A stretch of DNA of 64,000 bases from Acidobacteriota bacterium (GTDB lineage: Bacteria > Acidobacteriota > UBA890 > WLXD01): the NCBI GenBank assembly GCA_963666055.2, contig CAXWPH010000015.1, positions 224,001-288,000 of the forward strand, given 5' to 3'. Made by a program: the position numbers and the translations under genes. Numbering within the stretch: the first letter of the stretch is position 1; every line of letters begins with the position of its first letter. Shown here piece after piece: positions 49,437-60,371 of this stretch. Below the pieces are notes generated by a model that did no database searches, was not told the origin of the DNA, and was given only the letters and a program-made list of their open reading frames with translations.

Positions 49437-50422
49437 AGGTCGACCAGAACCTTGCCGAAGACGCCCGCTTCAACCGCCTCGTGTGCCGCCACGATCTGGT
49501 CGAGGGCGAACCGTGGCCCCAGGTGGTGCCGCAGTTGGCCGGCCTCGAGCCATCGTGAGATATCAGCAACCGCCTGCATCTTGGTGTCGTCGGGCATACC
49601 GAACACCAGCACGTGCCGCACCGTGATGTTCTTGTATATCAGGACATAGAATGGCACCGACGGCTCCGGGTTGGCCTGCGACGCGTAGGTGGCGATCACG
49701 CCGTTGTTCCTGAGGGCGGCGACGCTGGCCTCGAGGTTGCCGCCAAACTCGACCTCGACGACGCGGTCGAGTCCGGACGCACCGACGAGCTCGCTGAGGC
49801 GCTCGGCGACATTTTCGGTGCGGTAGTTCACCACGTGGTCGGCGCCACCTTGGCGTGCTAGCTCGGCCTTGTCGTCGCTGCTCACCGTGGCGATGACCGT
49901 CGCACCGTCGAGCTTGGCGAATTGGACCGCGTAATGGCCCACCGCTCCGGCCCCTCCCGTCACCAGCACCGTCTGCCCAGCCACCGACCCGTCGGCGAAC
50001 ACGCAGCGGTGTGCAGTGAGCGCGGGGATGCCCAGACAGGCGCCGGCGTCGAAGTCGGCTACGTCGGGCAAGGGTACGGCGAGATCGGAAGCCACCACGG
50101 CGAGCTCGGCGGCGGTTCCGAAGGCGCGTTCGTACTGCGCCTCGTACACCCAGACCCGTTCGCCCAGGCGGGACTCAGGCACGCCGGCGCCGACCGACTC
50201 GATGGTGCCGGCACCGTCGAAATGTGGCACCACCCGTGACCCTTGGCTTGCGCCGCGCCCGCCAAGGCGTCGCTTCACATCGACCGGGTTCACGCCAGAG
50301 ACCGCAATGCGAACCTGCACCTCGCCGGCTTCAGGCTGCGGCGCTTCCAGCTCGCCGACGTCGAGTACCTCGGCCGCCGCACCGAATTGCTCGAACCAGA
50401 CCGCGCGCATCATCTCGGGCAT
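49433..50422 (-). CDS. NADPH:quinone reductase (zeta-crystallin/MDR family)
   Basis: SGVNPVD, DGAG, GGAGAVGHYAVQ, GKVLV. Confidence 0.92.
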   Translation of the reverse strand: MPEMMRAVWFEQFGAAAEVLDVGELEAPQPEAGEVQVRIAVSGVNPVDVKRRLGGRGASQGSRVVPHFDGAGTIESVGAGVPESRLGERVWVYEAQYERAFGTAAELAVVASDLAVPLPDVADFDAGACLGIPALTAHRCVFADGSVAGQTVLVTGGAGAVGHYAVQFAKLDGATVIATVSSDDKAELARQGGADHVVNYRTENVAERLSELVGASGLDRVVEVEFGGNLEASVAALRNNGVIATYASQANPEPSVPFYVLIYKNITVRHVLVFGMPDDTKMQAVADISRWLEAGQLRHHLGPRFALDQIVAAHEAVEAGVFGKVLVDL

Positions 50423-50427
50423 GATGA

Positions 50428-52074
50428 TTACTCCTGGCCAGCGGTAGTTTCCATGGCGCGCTCCATCTTTGCCTTCGCCACCATGTCACGGACATCGGCC
50501 CGCAGCTCCACGGCGTCATACACGATGCCGTCCTTGATCGTGTACTTGATACCGCCGACCCGCGCCACCGTGCCGTCGTCCATGAGCTTCACGGCGCCGG
50601 TGCCGTAGAGAACTTTGAGGTTCTCGAGGGGGTTTTCATCCACCAGGATCATATCGGCCAGATAGCCGCGACGTACGAGGCCGATCTCGAGCCGGTCGGC
50701 CTCGGCGCGTGGCTTGTTGATCTCCATCGCCGAGTGCATGGTCGCGGCCCGGATTACCTCGAGCGGGTGGAAGCCCGCCTCCTGGAGCATCTCCAGCTCG
50801 AGGATGTAGCCGAAGCCGTAGAGCTGGTAGATGAAGCCGCTGTCGGAGCCGGTGGTCACCTTGCCGCCGCGATCCTTGTACTCGTCGAGGAACTGCATCC
50901 ACACCCGGTAGAAGTTCTTCCAGGCGGTCTCGTCCCAGCTTGTCCAGTAAAACCAGTACGAGCCGTGCGCCCGGCGCGACGGCTGGTAGAAATCCCACAG
51001 CGAGGGCAGCGTGTACTCCTCGTGCCAGTCGGCGTTGCGGGCCCGCATGACGTCGCGGCCGGCGGAGTAGATCGTCATCGTTGGGTTGAGGTAGAAGTCC
51101 AGGTCGAGCATTTCCTGCATGACCGCCTTCCACTTCTCGCCGCCCGGTTTCACCAGCGCCCACTGCCGCGCCACCTGGCCGAAGCGGTGCTGCTCGTCCG
51201 AGTAGTTGTGGTCGACAGGGTACGGCTGGATGCTGGTGCCCTCGTACAGCGCTTCGAACAGGCCGTAGTAGTGGGTCATGGAGTCGAGGCCGACGCGGGC
51301 AGCATCGAGCGCGTTCATCTGCGTCACCCCCGTTTGCGCCAGGTGCGCCGTCGAGCCCATACCTTGCTTATGGGCTTCGTCGATCAGCGCCTCCATGATG
51401 TCGGGAGGGAGGGCACCCAGCTTGAGGCCGTCGGCGCCCTTCTGCGCCGCGTATTGCACCCACTCGCGGGCGCTCCCAGGGTCCTCTACCGAGGGTCCCT
51501 GGTAGTCGGCGCCGGAGCCGGGTAGCACAAAGGAGACCATGCGCGGCGCCACGATCTCGTTGTTCTCGGAGCGCTCCCGTTCGTGCAGCGAGAACTCGAA
51601 GTTGCCATGCCCGACGCCGCGCGACGTGGTGATCCCGTGCGACAGCCAGAGCTTGTAGCTGTACTCCGCCTCGGGCGCCTTGGTGCTGCCACCGGTATGG
51701 CCGTGCAGGTCGATGAAGCCCGGCAGCAGATACATGCCGGAAGCGTCGATCTCGTGGTCTGCATCGCCTGGACGCCCATCTTCGTCGATCGGCACGCCCG
51801 GGTAGCCGACGCTCTGCACCTGAGTGATGCGGTTCCCCTCCACCACCACGTCCACCGGTCCCATCGGCGGGCCGCCGGTGCCGTCGATCACAGTGACGCC
51901 ACGGATGATCAAGCGTCCGAAGGGGCCGATGCCTTCGTCAGGGCGGCGATCAGGAGCCGGAATCCTGCCGCCGAAGTCGTCTTGCTGGGCGCGCCCGGTA
52001 GCGGCAGCGGCGATTGTGGCGGCGAGCAACAGCATCAGGGCGATGACGAGCGGACGGCGTATTGTGGTGTGCAT
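50428..52074 (-). CDS. Exported amidohydrolase-family protein
   Basis: Signal peptide; PGFIDLHGH, GSDSG, ADMILVDENPL. Confidence 0.9.
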   Translation of the reverse strand: MHTTIRRPLVIALMLLLAATIAAAATGRAQQDDFGGRIPAPDRRPDEGIGPFGRLIIRGVTVIDGTGGPPMGPVDVVVEGNRITQVQSVGYPGVPIDEDGRPGDADHEIDASGMYLLPGFIDLHGHTGGSTKAPEAEYSYKLWLSHGITTSRGVGHGNFEFSLHERERSENNEIVAPRMVSFVLPGSGADYQGPSVEDPGSAREWVQYAAQKGADGLKLGALPPDIMEALIDEAHKQGMGSTAHLAQTGVTQMNALDAARVGLDSMTHYYGLFEALYEGTSIQPYPVDHNYSDEQHRFGQVARQWALVKPGGEKWKAVMQEMLDLDFYLNPTMTIYSAGRDVMRARNADWHEEYTLPSLWDFYQPSRRAHGSYWFYWTSWDETAWKNFYRVWMQFLDEYKDRGGKVTTGSDSGFIYQLYGFGYILELEMLQEAGFHPLEVIRAATMHSAMEINKPRAEADRLEIGLVRRGYLADMILVDENPLENLKVLYGTGAVKLMDDGTVARVGGIKYTIKDGIVYDAVELRADVRDMVAKAKMERAMETTAGQE

Positions 52075-52360
52075 GTGAGCTCCGGAAGAGTGGACGCGGG
52101 CGCAAGCGCCAGCCGCACGTGGCGACGGTGCCGTTCGAGCGGCCGGGCGCTAACTCTACTTAGACGCCGGGTGGGAGACAACGCCGCCGGGCCTGGCGTC
52201 GAGAGCGCAGGTCGTCTCTCATCGCCCTTGCCGGCCGAGCCGCCTGCCCCTTTGACCCTTCGCCCGGCCCGCGCGTACCATCCCGCCGTCCCTCAGACTA
52301 CTGCTGTCCGCGTCCGAACGTTGCTTGCGACGCCTCGCGGCGGACGAAGGAGACGGACCG

Positions 52361-52780
52361 ATGGAAGGAATCAACACGGGCAAGCTGATCATCAGCGGCA
52401 TCGTTGCCGGTATCGTGATGACCATCAGTCAGCTGGTGCTCAACGAGGTCGTGCTCGTCGAGCAGCAGCAAGCCGCCCTCGATGCCCTGGGCGTCGAGGC
52501 GGTGAGCGGGTCGCAGATCGGCATGTTCGTGGTCATGGCGTTTGTCGCCTCTGGCACGATGATGTGGCTTTACGTGGTCCTGCGGGATCGTTTCGGCGCA
52601 GGCCCCAAGACGGCCATGTGTGCCGGCGTCGTCGTGTGGGTCCTCTACTACTTCCAGGGGCTCAGCAATTTCTGGATCCTCGGCATGCTCGGTACGCCGC
52701 TCGTAGTCACAGCGCTCGTATGGGGTCTGGTCGAGCTACCGGTCGCAGCGATGGCAGGAGCCTACTTTTATAGCGACTAG
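52361..52780 (+). CDS. Hypothetical 4-TM membrane protein
   Basis: SD aaggag; INTGKLIISGIVAG, RFGAGPKTA. Confidence 0.8.
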   Translation: MEGINTGKLIISGIVAGIVMTISQLVLNEVVLVEQQQAALDALGVEAVSGSQIGMFVVMAFVASGTMMWLYVVLRDRFGAGPKTAMCAGVVVWVLYYFQGLSNFWILGMLGTPLVVTALVWGLVELPVAAMAGAYFYSD

Positions 52781-52909
52781 TGATCAGGAGCACTAGCCGC
52801 CGTAGCGGGGCGCCGCTGGGGCGCGCGCCGGGAGGTGTCGACGCGTGCCGGGTAAGGTGCCAGAATCGCTCGGTGTAAGCCGCTGGACGGTCTTGGACTA
52901 CCCGTCGAG

Positions 52910-53809
52910 GTGCGTGTGAATAAGAGATCGTCGCGGCTCACAATCGTCGTGACGACGCGACGCGACAGCCAGTTTGGGCGCCTGCTCATCGTCGGTGCGG
53001 TGATCCTCGCCGCGTCGCATGCAACTCCCGTGTGGGCCCAGCATCCCTCTCCGACCGGGCGCCAGGAAAAGCCCGGTAGCCCGCCCGAGGCTCAGCGTCC
53101 GCTGCGCCAGCAACCCGACGACGCCGATGGTGTTGCCGGCGATGGCCGCCGCACGCTGGCGCGGCTGCCGCAGAACGTTGCGCGCGGCATCGGCGGGGTG
53201 TTCTCGTTCGACAGCCTCCTGCCGGTGCTGGTTGGTCTCGCCGCCACGGGTGCCGCTCGTGGGTTCGACGACCACCTGGCGTTTCCTGACGGCGCCAACA
53301 GCGACTTCGGCGAGCTCGGCAACGGTTTCGGCAACCCGGTCTTCGTGGCTGCGGCGGCAACCGGGCTGTTGCTCGGCGGACGTGCCACGAGCGCCGGCAG
53401 GTTTCGCGACGCCAGCTACGATCTCTTTACCGCCACGGCGGTGACCTTGCTGTATACCGAGACGCTCAAGAGGACGATCGACCGAACACGTCCAAGTGGT
53501 ACCGATAACAAATCGTTCCCCTCCGGCCACACCTCGAACGCTTTCACCTGGGCGACGGTGATCGATCACCACTACGGCAAGAAGCTCGGCTTGCCGATGT
53601 ACGCTTTCGCCACCTTGGTGACGGGATCACGTATCCACCGTGGCAGTCACTTCCTCAGCGACGTCGTCGCCGGGGCGGCGGTGGGGTTCATCGCCGGTCG
53701 ATCCGTCGTGCGCACCGCGGGCGAGCCTCTGGGCGGGCGCCGCGTCACGCTGGTGCCGGCCGTGGGCCCGAGCGGGCAGCGCGGCATGGTCGTGGTCGTG
53801 GCCTTCTAG
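52910..53809 (+). CDS. PAP2-family phosphatase (start uncertain)
   Basis: KRTIDRTRP, SFPSGH, SRIHRGSHFLSD. Confidence 0.9.
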   Translation: MRVNKRSSRLTIVVTTRRDSQFGRLLIVGAVILAASHATPVWAQHPSPTGRQEKPGSPPEAQRPLRQQPDDADGVAGDGRRTLARLPQNVARGIGGVFSFDSLLPVLVGLAATGAARGFDDHLAFPDGANSDFGELGNGFGNPVFVAAAATGLLLGGRATSAGRFRDASYDLFTATAVTLLYTETLKRTIDRTRPSGTDNKSFPSGHTSNAFTWATVIDHHYGKKLGLPMYAFATLVTGSRIHRGSHFLSDVVAGAAVGFIAGRSVVRTAGEPLGGRRVTLVPAVGPSGQRGMVVVVAF

Positions 53810-53830
53810 CGTGCCGTGGTGCAGGGTGGG

Positions 53831-55483
53831 TCATTCTGCTGGAGCCAGGCGCCGAAACAGCGCGTAGCCCTCGCGGCGCAGACGCAGCTCGAAGCCGGGT
53901 GGCGTGGCCGGTTGCTCGTCCGAGGCTCGTAACACGATCCCGGCGATGTCCCAGCGATCGATGATCCAGGTCAGCTGATCGGAGGTCAGCGGCGGGAAGA
54001 TGGCCGCCCGTCCCGTGAGCCAGGGGATCTCGAAAGCGAAGTCGCTTACCAGCGGGCCGTCGTCGGGCAAATGGTCGCGGATATCGTCCGCGAGCGTGGC
54101 CTAGTCGAGCACATGGACCGCCAACCCACGGCCGAGGAAGGCCGCCGGGGCGCGATGGGCGATGCGCAGATTCAGAGCCAGCGGGTAGACGATCAGAACC
54201 GTGACGACGACGGCCACTGCCGCCCGTCGTGCCGGGCTGCTCAACCGCTCCCAACCGGGAGCGAAACGCCTCGCCTGTCCGGCAATCAGTATGAGCATGA
54301 GCGGGTACAGCTGGTACAGGTAGCGAATGCGGACAAGGAAGAGCCAGAGCAGCGGAAAGGTCACCACGATCGCGGTGCTACTGAACCACAGGTAGCGTTG
54401 CTGCCAGGGTCGATCCACGGGCCAACCCAGCGTCAGCGCCAGGGCGGCGGTCACCATCAACATCGCCAGAAGCATCCCCGCCAGCGGCGGGTCTCCCATG
54501 ACGTTCAGGACCGCCGGTGTGCGCGACATGATGCGCAACACCTTGATCGCCAGCTCGCTGGGCCGCTCGGCGAAGTAATCCCATGGGTCCGGCGGATCGA
54601 GATCATGGCGCGGGGCGTCGACCTGGGGGTAGGCTTCCGTCTCCATCATGAAGTTGAGCGCGTAAGTAGAGGTCGAGGTCTCGAGCAAGCCGCTCGGGGT
54701 GGAGGCTAGCGCGCCGATGGCGAGTGAGGTGAGGGCCATACCGGCGAGCAGGACGCCGGCGGTGCGCAGTAGCCGGCCCGCCGTCGAGGCGACTGGCGAG
54801 GGCTCTTCAAGCGGCCACAGCGTCACCCAGCAGACGTAGGCGAGTGCCACCGGCGCATAGAGCAGGCCGTAGGTCTTGGTAGCACCAAGGGCCGCAAGCG
54901 CCACGCCGGCGGCCAGGCAGCGGATGGGCGTTACGCGCAGCAATGCCGCGCAGGCGAGCAGAAACAGGGCATCGAATTGCATCTCCGGCGCTGCCATGGT
55001 GGCGTGCACCAGGGTGGTCGACGTCGCCAGATAGATGCCCACCAGGAGAAGGGCGACGCGGGTCGATGCGAGCAGTTGGTGGGTGAGATAGCCGAACAGC
55101 GCGACCGCTACCGCAAGCCAAAGGATCGACACGCTCAACGCTGCGGCGTGGTCGGTGAATCCGATGCTCAGCGCCGCCGCCACCGCCAGCTGATAGCCGG
55201 GCGGACGGAGCAATTCGGGCATCGGAATCGACTCGATGTCATCCGCAAAAACCGGGTAGATCGTCGAGGTGACATAGCCGTTGCCGGCGGCGAGGTCGCG
55301 CGCCTGCTGAACGAACATCATCTCCTCGTTCACCAGGAAGCCGCGAGTCCACTGACGAGGGTAGACGAACACCATCGCCGCCAGGACGCCGACCAGCGGC
55401 AGCACGACGAACAGAGCGCACCGGGCTCGCTGCGCATCCCGCCTGCCGGATCCGGACGCGTCGAGGTGATGCCCGTCGGTCAT
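53831..55483 (-). pseudogene. GT-C (ArnT/PMT-like) membrane glycosyltransferase with in-frame TAG at 54101-54103
   Basis: NEE...ARDLAAGNG, RPPGY, many TM helices; frame continues VLD*ATLADDIRDHLP...VSDFAFEIPW to the stop at 53831. Confidence 0.7.
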
Positions 55484-55491
55484 GGTCTGTC

Positions 55492-56271
55492 TCAGAGGCG
55501 GCCGAGCAGCTGGCGAATTCGCAACTCCCACACCTTCCAGACTGCCTCCCAAACGATGCCGCCCGACATCTTGGAATGCCCCCGTGAGCGCTCCGTGAAC
55601 ACGATCGGCACCTCGAGGATTCTGAACCCGTGGCGCCAGGCGCGGTATTTCATCTCGACATGGAAGGAGTAGCCGTTGGAGGTCACGCGGTCCAGTTCGA
55701 TGGTCTGCAGCACGCGTCGATGGAAACACATGAAACCGGCGGTGGGATCCATGAGCGGAATCCCAGTGACTCGGCGGATGTAGATGCCGGCGCAGTACGA
55801 CAGCAACAGTCGTTGCAGCGACCAGTTGAGAACGCGAACACCGCCCGTGTATCGGGAGCCGATGGCCAGATCTGCTTCGCCGGCCTGGACCGGCGCCACC
55901 AGGCGCGGGATATCGAGTGGGTCGTGCGACAGATCGGCGTCCATCACGCAGATGTATTCGGAGCTCTCGAGCGCGCGACGGAACCCGTCGAGGTAGGACG
56001 GGGCCAAACCACGCCGGCCATCGCGCTCCAGTACATCGAGGCGCCCGCCGTAGCGCTGTTGCACCTCACGCGCGCGGTTGGCGGTGCCGTCCGGGGAGCG
56101 GTCGTCTACCACCAGAACGGAGGGCCGGAGCGGGATTTCGAGTAGCGACTCGAGCATCACACTGATGTTGTCGGCCTCGTTGTACGTGGGCACGATGACC
56201 AGAACACTTGCCTCGGGTTTATCGTCCCCTGCGCGCCGCGCGGATCCGTGATCGGTCTGTGGCTCGGACAC
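55492..56271 (-). CDS. ppm1: Polyprenol monophosphomannose synthase (DPM1-like GT2)
   Basis: VPTYNE, VVDDRSPDGT, MDADLSHDP, GSRY, GYSFHVEM, GHSKMS. Confidence 0.9.
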   Translation of the reverse strand: MSEPQTDHGSARRAGDDKPEASVLVIVPTYNEADNISVMLESLLEIPLRPSVLVVDDRSPDGTANRAREVQQRYGGRLDVLERDGRRGLAPSYLDGFRRALESSEYICVMDADLSHDPLDIPRLVAPVQAGEADLAIGSRYTGGVRVLNWSLQRLLLSYCAGIYIRRVTGIPLMDPTAGFMCFHRRVLQTIELDRVTSNGYSFHVEMKYRAWRHGFRILEVPIVFTERSRGHSKMSGGIVWEAVWKVWELRIRQLLGRL

Positions 56272-56354
56272 TCTGGTCTTCTGGCGGCGTATAGGGAGTG
56301 TGCGTAGGGAGCGAAGCGTTTGATGCCCAACAACTAGCTACAGTAGCTTAACGG

Positions 56355-58109
56355 GTGTCCTCTCATGCCGGGGCGCCCCGCTCACCACTTACCCGAGGGC
56401 CAGCCGCACCAATGCATCTGCTCGATCGCCTGACGCTCAGGACGCCTCTGGCCACGGTCGTCGTCCTAACTCTCCTGGTGACACCCCTCTATCTGGGGGC
56501 GCTAGGCGAGCCGTTGTTGTGGCAAGACGAGGGCACCACCGCGCTCGTTGCACGCCACATCGCCTCGGGTGCCTTGCCGGTGGTCGGGCACGGCGCAGGC
56601 TCGGCAACGCAGGACTTCGAGGCCATGCGCAGTCGGTGGGACCTCAATGTCGACAGCCCCTGGCTGCAGGACTACCTGGCCGCCCCGGCCTGGTGGGCAT
56701 GGCCGGAACCGCCCGATTCGCTAGCGGCAGCGCGTCAACTGACGGGTCTGCTGCGGCTGCCTTTCGCCATCATCGCGCTGCTACTCCCGCTCGCCACCTA
56801 CGCTCTGTTGCGCGTCGGGTCTGCGGCCGCGGACTCAGACCGCGACATCCGAGTAGCTCTGATGGCAGCAGCGCTGACCGCGACCTCGCCAATGCTCCTG
56901 CTGCACGCACGACAGGTCAGGTACTACGCTCCGGCGGCCCTCCTCACGGTGCTGTTGCTGGTCGCCTACCTGGGCCTGCGTCGCTCGCCACCACCGCGAT
57001 GGCGCCGTGCTTGCTTTGCCTTCGCGGCAGCGAGCGGGCTCCTGGTAACCGCCAACGATGCGGTTTGGGTCGCGGTAACGGTGGCGCTGGTGGTTCATTG
57101 GATGTTCTTTGGGCACCGTGACCTATCCTTACGCCGAGCCCTAGCGGCGCTCGCCTTGCCGAGCGCTCTGGCCGCCGCGTGGTTTCTCCTGGTGGCGACC
57201 GCCGACAAGTACAGCCGAGTCGAGCCCGCCGGGGTGCTCGACAATGCGTTCGCCTACGCGATCGAAGTAAATGCCCATGTGCTGCCCGTAGCGGTGCTTG
57301 CGATCGGAGCGTTCCTGCACCGAGGCCGAGTCGCCGAGCTGCTGCGCGCCCCCGCATCGACGAGGCGCGAAAGGCTCGATTTCCCGGTTCTGCTTGGCCT
57401 GACGATCGCAGCAGTGGTAGGGATCCACCTGTTCATCGACATCGTATTTCTCCGCTACCTCGTCGCCGTCGTGCCGCTGTGCGCTGCCGTTACCGCGATG
57501 CTCCTCGTACCGCCCGCCGCTCAACGGTCTATCGCGGGAGTCGGTTGGATCGTGCTTCTCGCACTGGCGTTGACCGACGTAGCCGGTTGGGTCTCGGACG
57601 CTCCGCTGCGTTACGGGCTCTCACGACGGTCGGTGCGGCGACACCAACATTGGACCATCCCGCATACGCTTTGGGGGCTCTCTACGCGTCTGCGCAGCGT
57701 TGGCGCGGGGCCCGTCAGCGGTGTTCTCGAGGTTCTCTACGAGGAGGGTGAGACGTCACATTCGATGGTAACGACATACGGCGACCAGCCGCTCAGCGTG
57801 CTCAGCTCCGTTGACGTGTATGGTGGGTTCTCCGGCGAGTATCCGCCGCTGGGAGTAGCCCCCGAGTGGATCTGGCTGCGCGCCTCGACCTCGGCCGATA
57901 TGGAGGGCAAGATGGGCGCGGCCGCTGCGTGGATCGCCGCGAATATCGACCTGACCTCGTACCAGTGCCGCAGGATCGAGGCTCCCGATCGTCAGTGGGA
58001 GTGGCGCCCGGACCCCGACATCTTCTGGACGCTCGGAGTCGACAGCCCTTTTTATTGGACGCGCGGCGACTCGGTCCCGAGCGTCCGGCTGTGTCGCCTC
58101 CTGAGGTAA
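56355..58109 (+). CDS. GT-C (ArnT/PMT-like) membrane glycosyltransferase
   Basis: LWQDE, RLPF, HARQVRYY, FLRYL; many TM helices; start may be ATG 56412. Confidence 0.8.
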   Translation: MSSHAGAPRSPLTRGPAAPMHLLDRLTLRTPLATVVVLTLLVTPLYLGALGEPLLWQDEGTTALVARHIASGALPVVGHGAGSATQDFEAMRSRWDLNVDSPWLQDYLAAPAWWAWPEPPDSLAAARQLTGLLRLPFAIIALLLPLATYALLRVGSAAADSDRDIRVALMAAALTATSPMLLLHARQVRYYAPAALLTVLLLVAYLGLRRSPPPRWRRACFAFAAASGLLVTANDAVWVAVTVALVVHWMFFGHRDLSLRRALAALALPSALAAAWFLLVATADKYSRVEPAGVLDNAFAYAIEVNAHVLPVAVLAIGAFLHRGRVAELLRAPASTRRERLDFPVLLGLTIAAVVGIHLFIDIVFLRYLVAVVPLCAAVTAMLLVPPAAQRSIAGVGWIVLLALALTDVAGWVSDAPLRYGLSRRSVRRHQHWTIPHTLWGLSTRLRSVGAGPVSGVLEVLYEEGETSHSMVTTYGDQPLSVLSSVDVYGGFSGEYPPLGVAPEWIWLRASTSADMEGKMGAAAAWIAANIDLTSYQCRRIEAPDRQWEWRPDPDIFWTLGVDSPFYWTRGDSVPSVRLCRLLR

Positions 58110-58174
58110 CCCGCCCGTCCGGTTCTCTGCTGGCGAGCAGACTCGCGAATCAGGTCTGATATGTTCGCAGTGCC

Positions 58175-58894
58175 ATGAGACGGACGATTGCAGCCTGGGC
58201 AGTCCATTTGCTAACCGCCAGTGGTGCGATCTGGGGCGTTCTGGCGCTCGACTCGGTGGCGCGTGACGATGCGCGCTGGGCGCTGCTCTGGATGGTGGTG
58301 GCAATGACCGTCGACTCGTTCGACGGGATGCTGGCGCGCGCCGTCGGCGTGAAGAAAGTCCTGCCCGGCTTCGACGGGACGTTGCTCGACGCCACGCTCG
58401 ACTACCTGAACTACGCCGTGGTGCCTGCCTACTTCGTATGGAGGATGGAGCTCGTACCGGTGACGCTCGGTCTGCCGATGGCCGTCGCGATTCTGCTCGC
58501 GTCGGCATATCAGTTCTGCCAGGCCGGTGCCAAGACCAGCGATCACTTCTTCAAGGGCTTCCCGTCATTCTGGAACGTGGCTGTGTTCTACTTGTTCTTC
58601 GCGCGCGTCGACGGTCGTGTCAACATGGCTATCCTGGCGATCCTGTGCGTCGGTGTCTTCGTGCCCCTGAAGTGGGCCTACCCGTCGCGCATGCTCGAGA
58701 TGCGCACGCTCACGATGTCGGTCACCATGCTCTGGGGTGCCAGCGTGGTGGCGATGCTGATCCAATACCCCGATCCGTCGCGCTGGCTGTTCTGGCTGTC
58801 GCTGTCCTACGTGGCATTCTACGCGGCGGTCAGCGTGTATCTGACCCAGAATGCGGCACGCCGAGTGTTCGCGGCGCGGCGCGATCGAGCGTGA
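58175..58894 (+). CDS. pcs: Phosphatidylcholine synthase (CDP-alcohol phosphotransferase)
   Basis: AVHLLTASG, DSFDGMLAR...FDGTLLDATLDYLNY, DHFFKGFPSFWN, FVPLKWAYPSR. Confidence 0.88.
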   Translation: MRRTIAAWAVHLLTASGAIWGVLALDSVARDDARWALLWMVVAMTVDSFDGMLARAVGVKKVLPGFDGTLLDATLDYLNYAVVPAYFVWRMELVPVTLGLPMAVAILLASAYQFCQAGAKTSDHFFKGFPSFWNVAVFYLFFARVDGRVNMAILAILCVGVFVPLKWAYPSRMLEMRTLTMSVTMLWGASVVAMLIQYPDPSRWLFWLSLSYVAFYAAVSVYLTQNAARRVFAARRDRA

Positions 58895-60371
58895 GCCGCG
58901 ACACCACGACGATTGTCAGCAGCCCGCACAGCATCGACAGGGTCTTGAACGGGAACAGCACGACACCGCTGGCGTCGATCATCGGGTAGGGCAACAGGGC
59001 CGGCAGGCCGAAGAGCGGCTCGCCACCGCCGAAACGCATGACGAACGACACCGCGAATCCAGCCATCGACCCGATGCGGTTGGCTCGCCGATCGTAAAGC
59101 GCCACCAGAAGCTGCGGAAACAGAATGCAGTAGACGAAGTCGCTCGACAGGTACCAAAGCGCGTAGACACTCTGTACGCGCAGCGCCAGGATCGTCGCCG
59201 ACACGCCCACCAGCACGATGGTTCGCCGGATCACGCGGGTGAGTTGATCGGCCGATACGTCAGGCTTCCAAAGCGGCCGGTAGACGTTCCAGGCACCCAT
59301 GGATGACGCTGACAGGATCGACGAGTCGACCGACGACATGACCGCGGCTGCGAGCGCTCCGAGCCCCAGCGCCGCGACCCACGGATCGGTCAGATAGCGC
59401 AATACCCACGGAAGGATCAGCGCCGGTTCCGGTGTCGGTACGCCGAGTGCTTCCCAGTCGACTGCCGCGCCGACGATGCCGATCAGCACGGCAGGTATCG
59501 CTGCGATCACACATACAGCTGCCCCGATCAGCGACGCCGTCCGCGCCGCCGCAGCGCTGCGCATCGCCAGCACGCGTTGGAAATAGCCGTGCCACGGCAG
59601 GCCGCCGAAGATCAGCATGAGCATCGAGTCCCACCAGCTCCAGTAGGAGTTTCCCCATGCCGGATCGCGCCACGACCCCCACGCAGGCATGAAGGACGCT
59701 GCCGGCCCCATGCGATCGACGTACGTTGCCCACACCTGGTCGATGCCGCCAAGCGCCTCGGCGGCGATCGGCGCCACGAGCCACAGGCCGCCGACGAGCA
59801 ACAGAAGCTGCACGACATCGGTCAGCGCTACGGCCCACAGGCCCCCGATGAGCGTATAGCCGACCGCGACGGCCGCCGACAGCAGAATGGACAAGGTGAA
59901 GTCGAGATTCAGCACGGTTCCGAATGTCGTGCCCAGCGCGGTGAGGATGGCTGCGCTCCAGAAGATCTCACCGGTCAACGCCGGCAGATACAGCAGCGCC
60001 GCCATGCGTCGCCCAAAGCGCTGGTGCAGCGGGTCGAGCATGGTAGTGAAGCCGTGGCGCCGCATGATGGGCGCGAAGAACAGACCGCCGACCACCATGC
60101 TGAGTGAATAGCCCCACGGCGCCTGCACCCATACCAGCCCACTCGAGTAGGCGGCCTCGGCCGATCCGTTGATGTAGCCGCCGCCGACCCAGGTCGCCGA
60201 CATGGTCAGCACGCCGATCCAGATCGGCAAGGCCCGCCCGGCCAGCAACATGTCCTCAGCGGTGCCGTGCGATTTGCGGCGGGCGGCGTATATCCCCACC
60301 GCGAAGATCAGCACGTAGAACACGGCCATGACCAGCACCGCGCCCCACTGGACGTTCGAAGGCTCAGACAT
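58830..60371 (-). CDS. High-affinity choline transporter-like sodium:solute symporter (CHT1/SLC5A7-like)
   Basis: ATWVGGGYINGSAE, QAPWGYSLS, TMLDP, GEIFWSAAIL, YFQRVL, AAVMSSVDSSILS, LWYLSSDFVY, RFGGGEP. Confidence 0.88.
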   Translation of the reverse strand: MSEPSNVQWGAVLVMAVFYVLIFAVGIYAARRKSHGTAEDMLLAGRALPIWIGVLTMSATWVGGGYINGSAEAAYSSGLVWVQAPWGYSLSMVVGGLFFAPIMRRHGFTTMLDPLHQRFGRRMAALLYLPALTGEIFWSAAILTALGTTFGTVLNLDFTLSILLSAAVAVGYTLIGGLWAVALTDVVQLLLLVGGLWLVAPIAAEALGGIDQVWATYVDRMGPAASFMPAWGSWRDPAWGNSYWSWWDSMLMLIFGGLPWHGYFQRVLAMRSAAAARTASLIGAAVCVIAAIPAVLIGIVGAAVDWEALGVPTPEPALILPWVLRYLTDPWVAALGLGALAAAVMSSVDSSILSASSMGAWNVYRPLWKPDVSADQLTRVIRRTIVLVGVSATILALRVQSVYALWYLSSDFVYCILFPQLLVALYDRRANRIGSMAGFAVSFVMRFGGGEPLFGLPALLPYPMIDASGVVLFPFKTLSMLCGLLTIVVVSRLTLDRAAPRTLGVPHSGSDTR

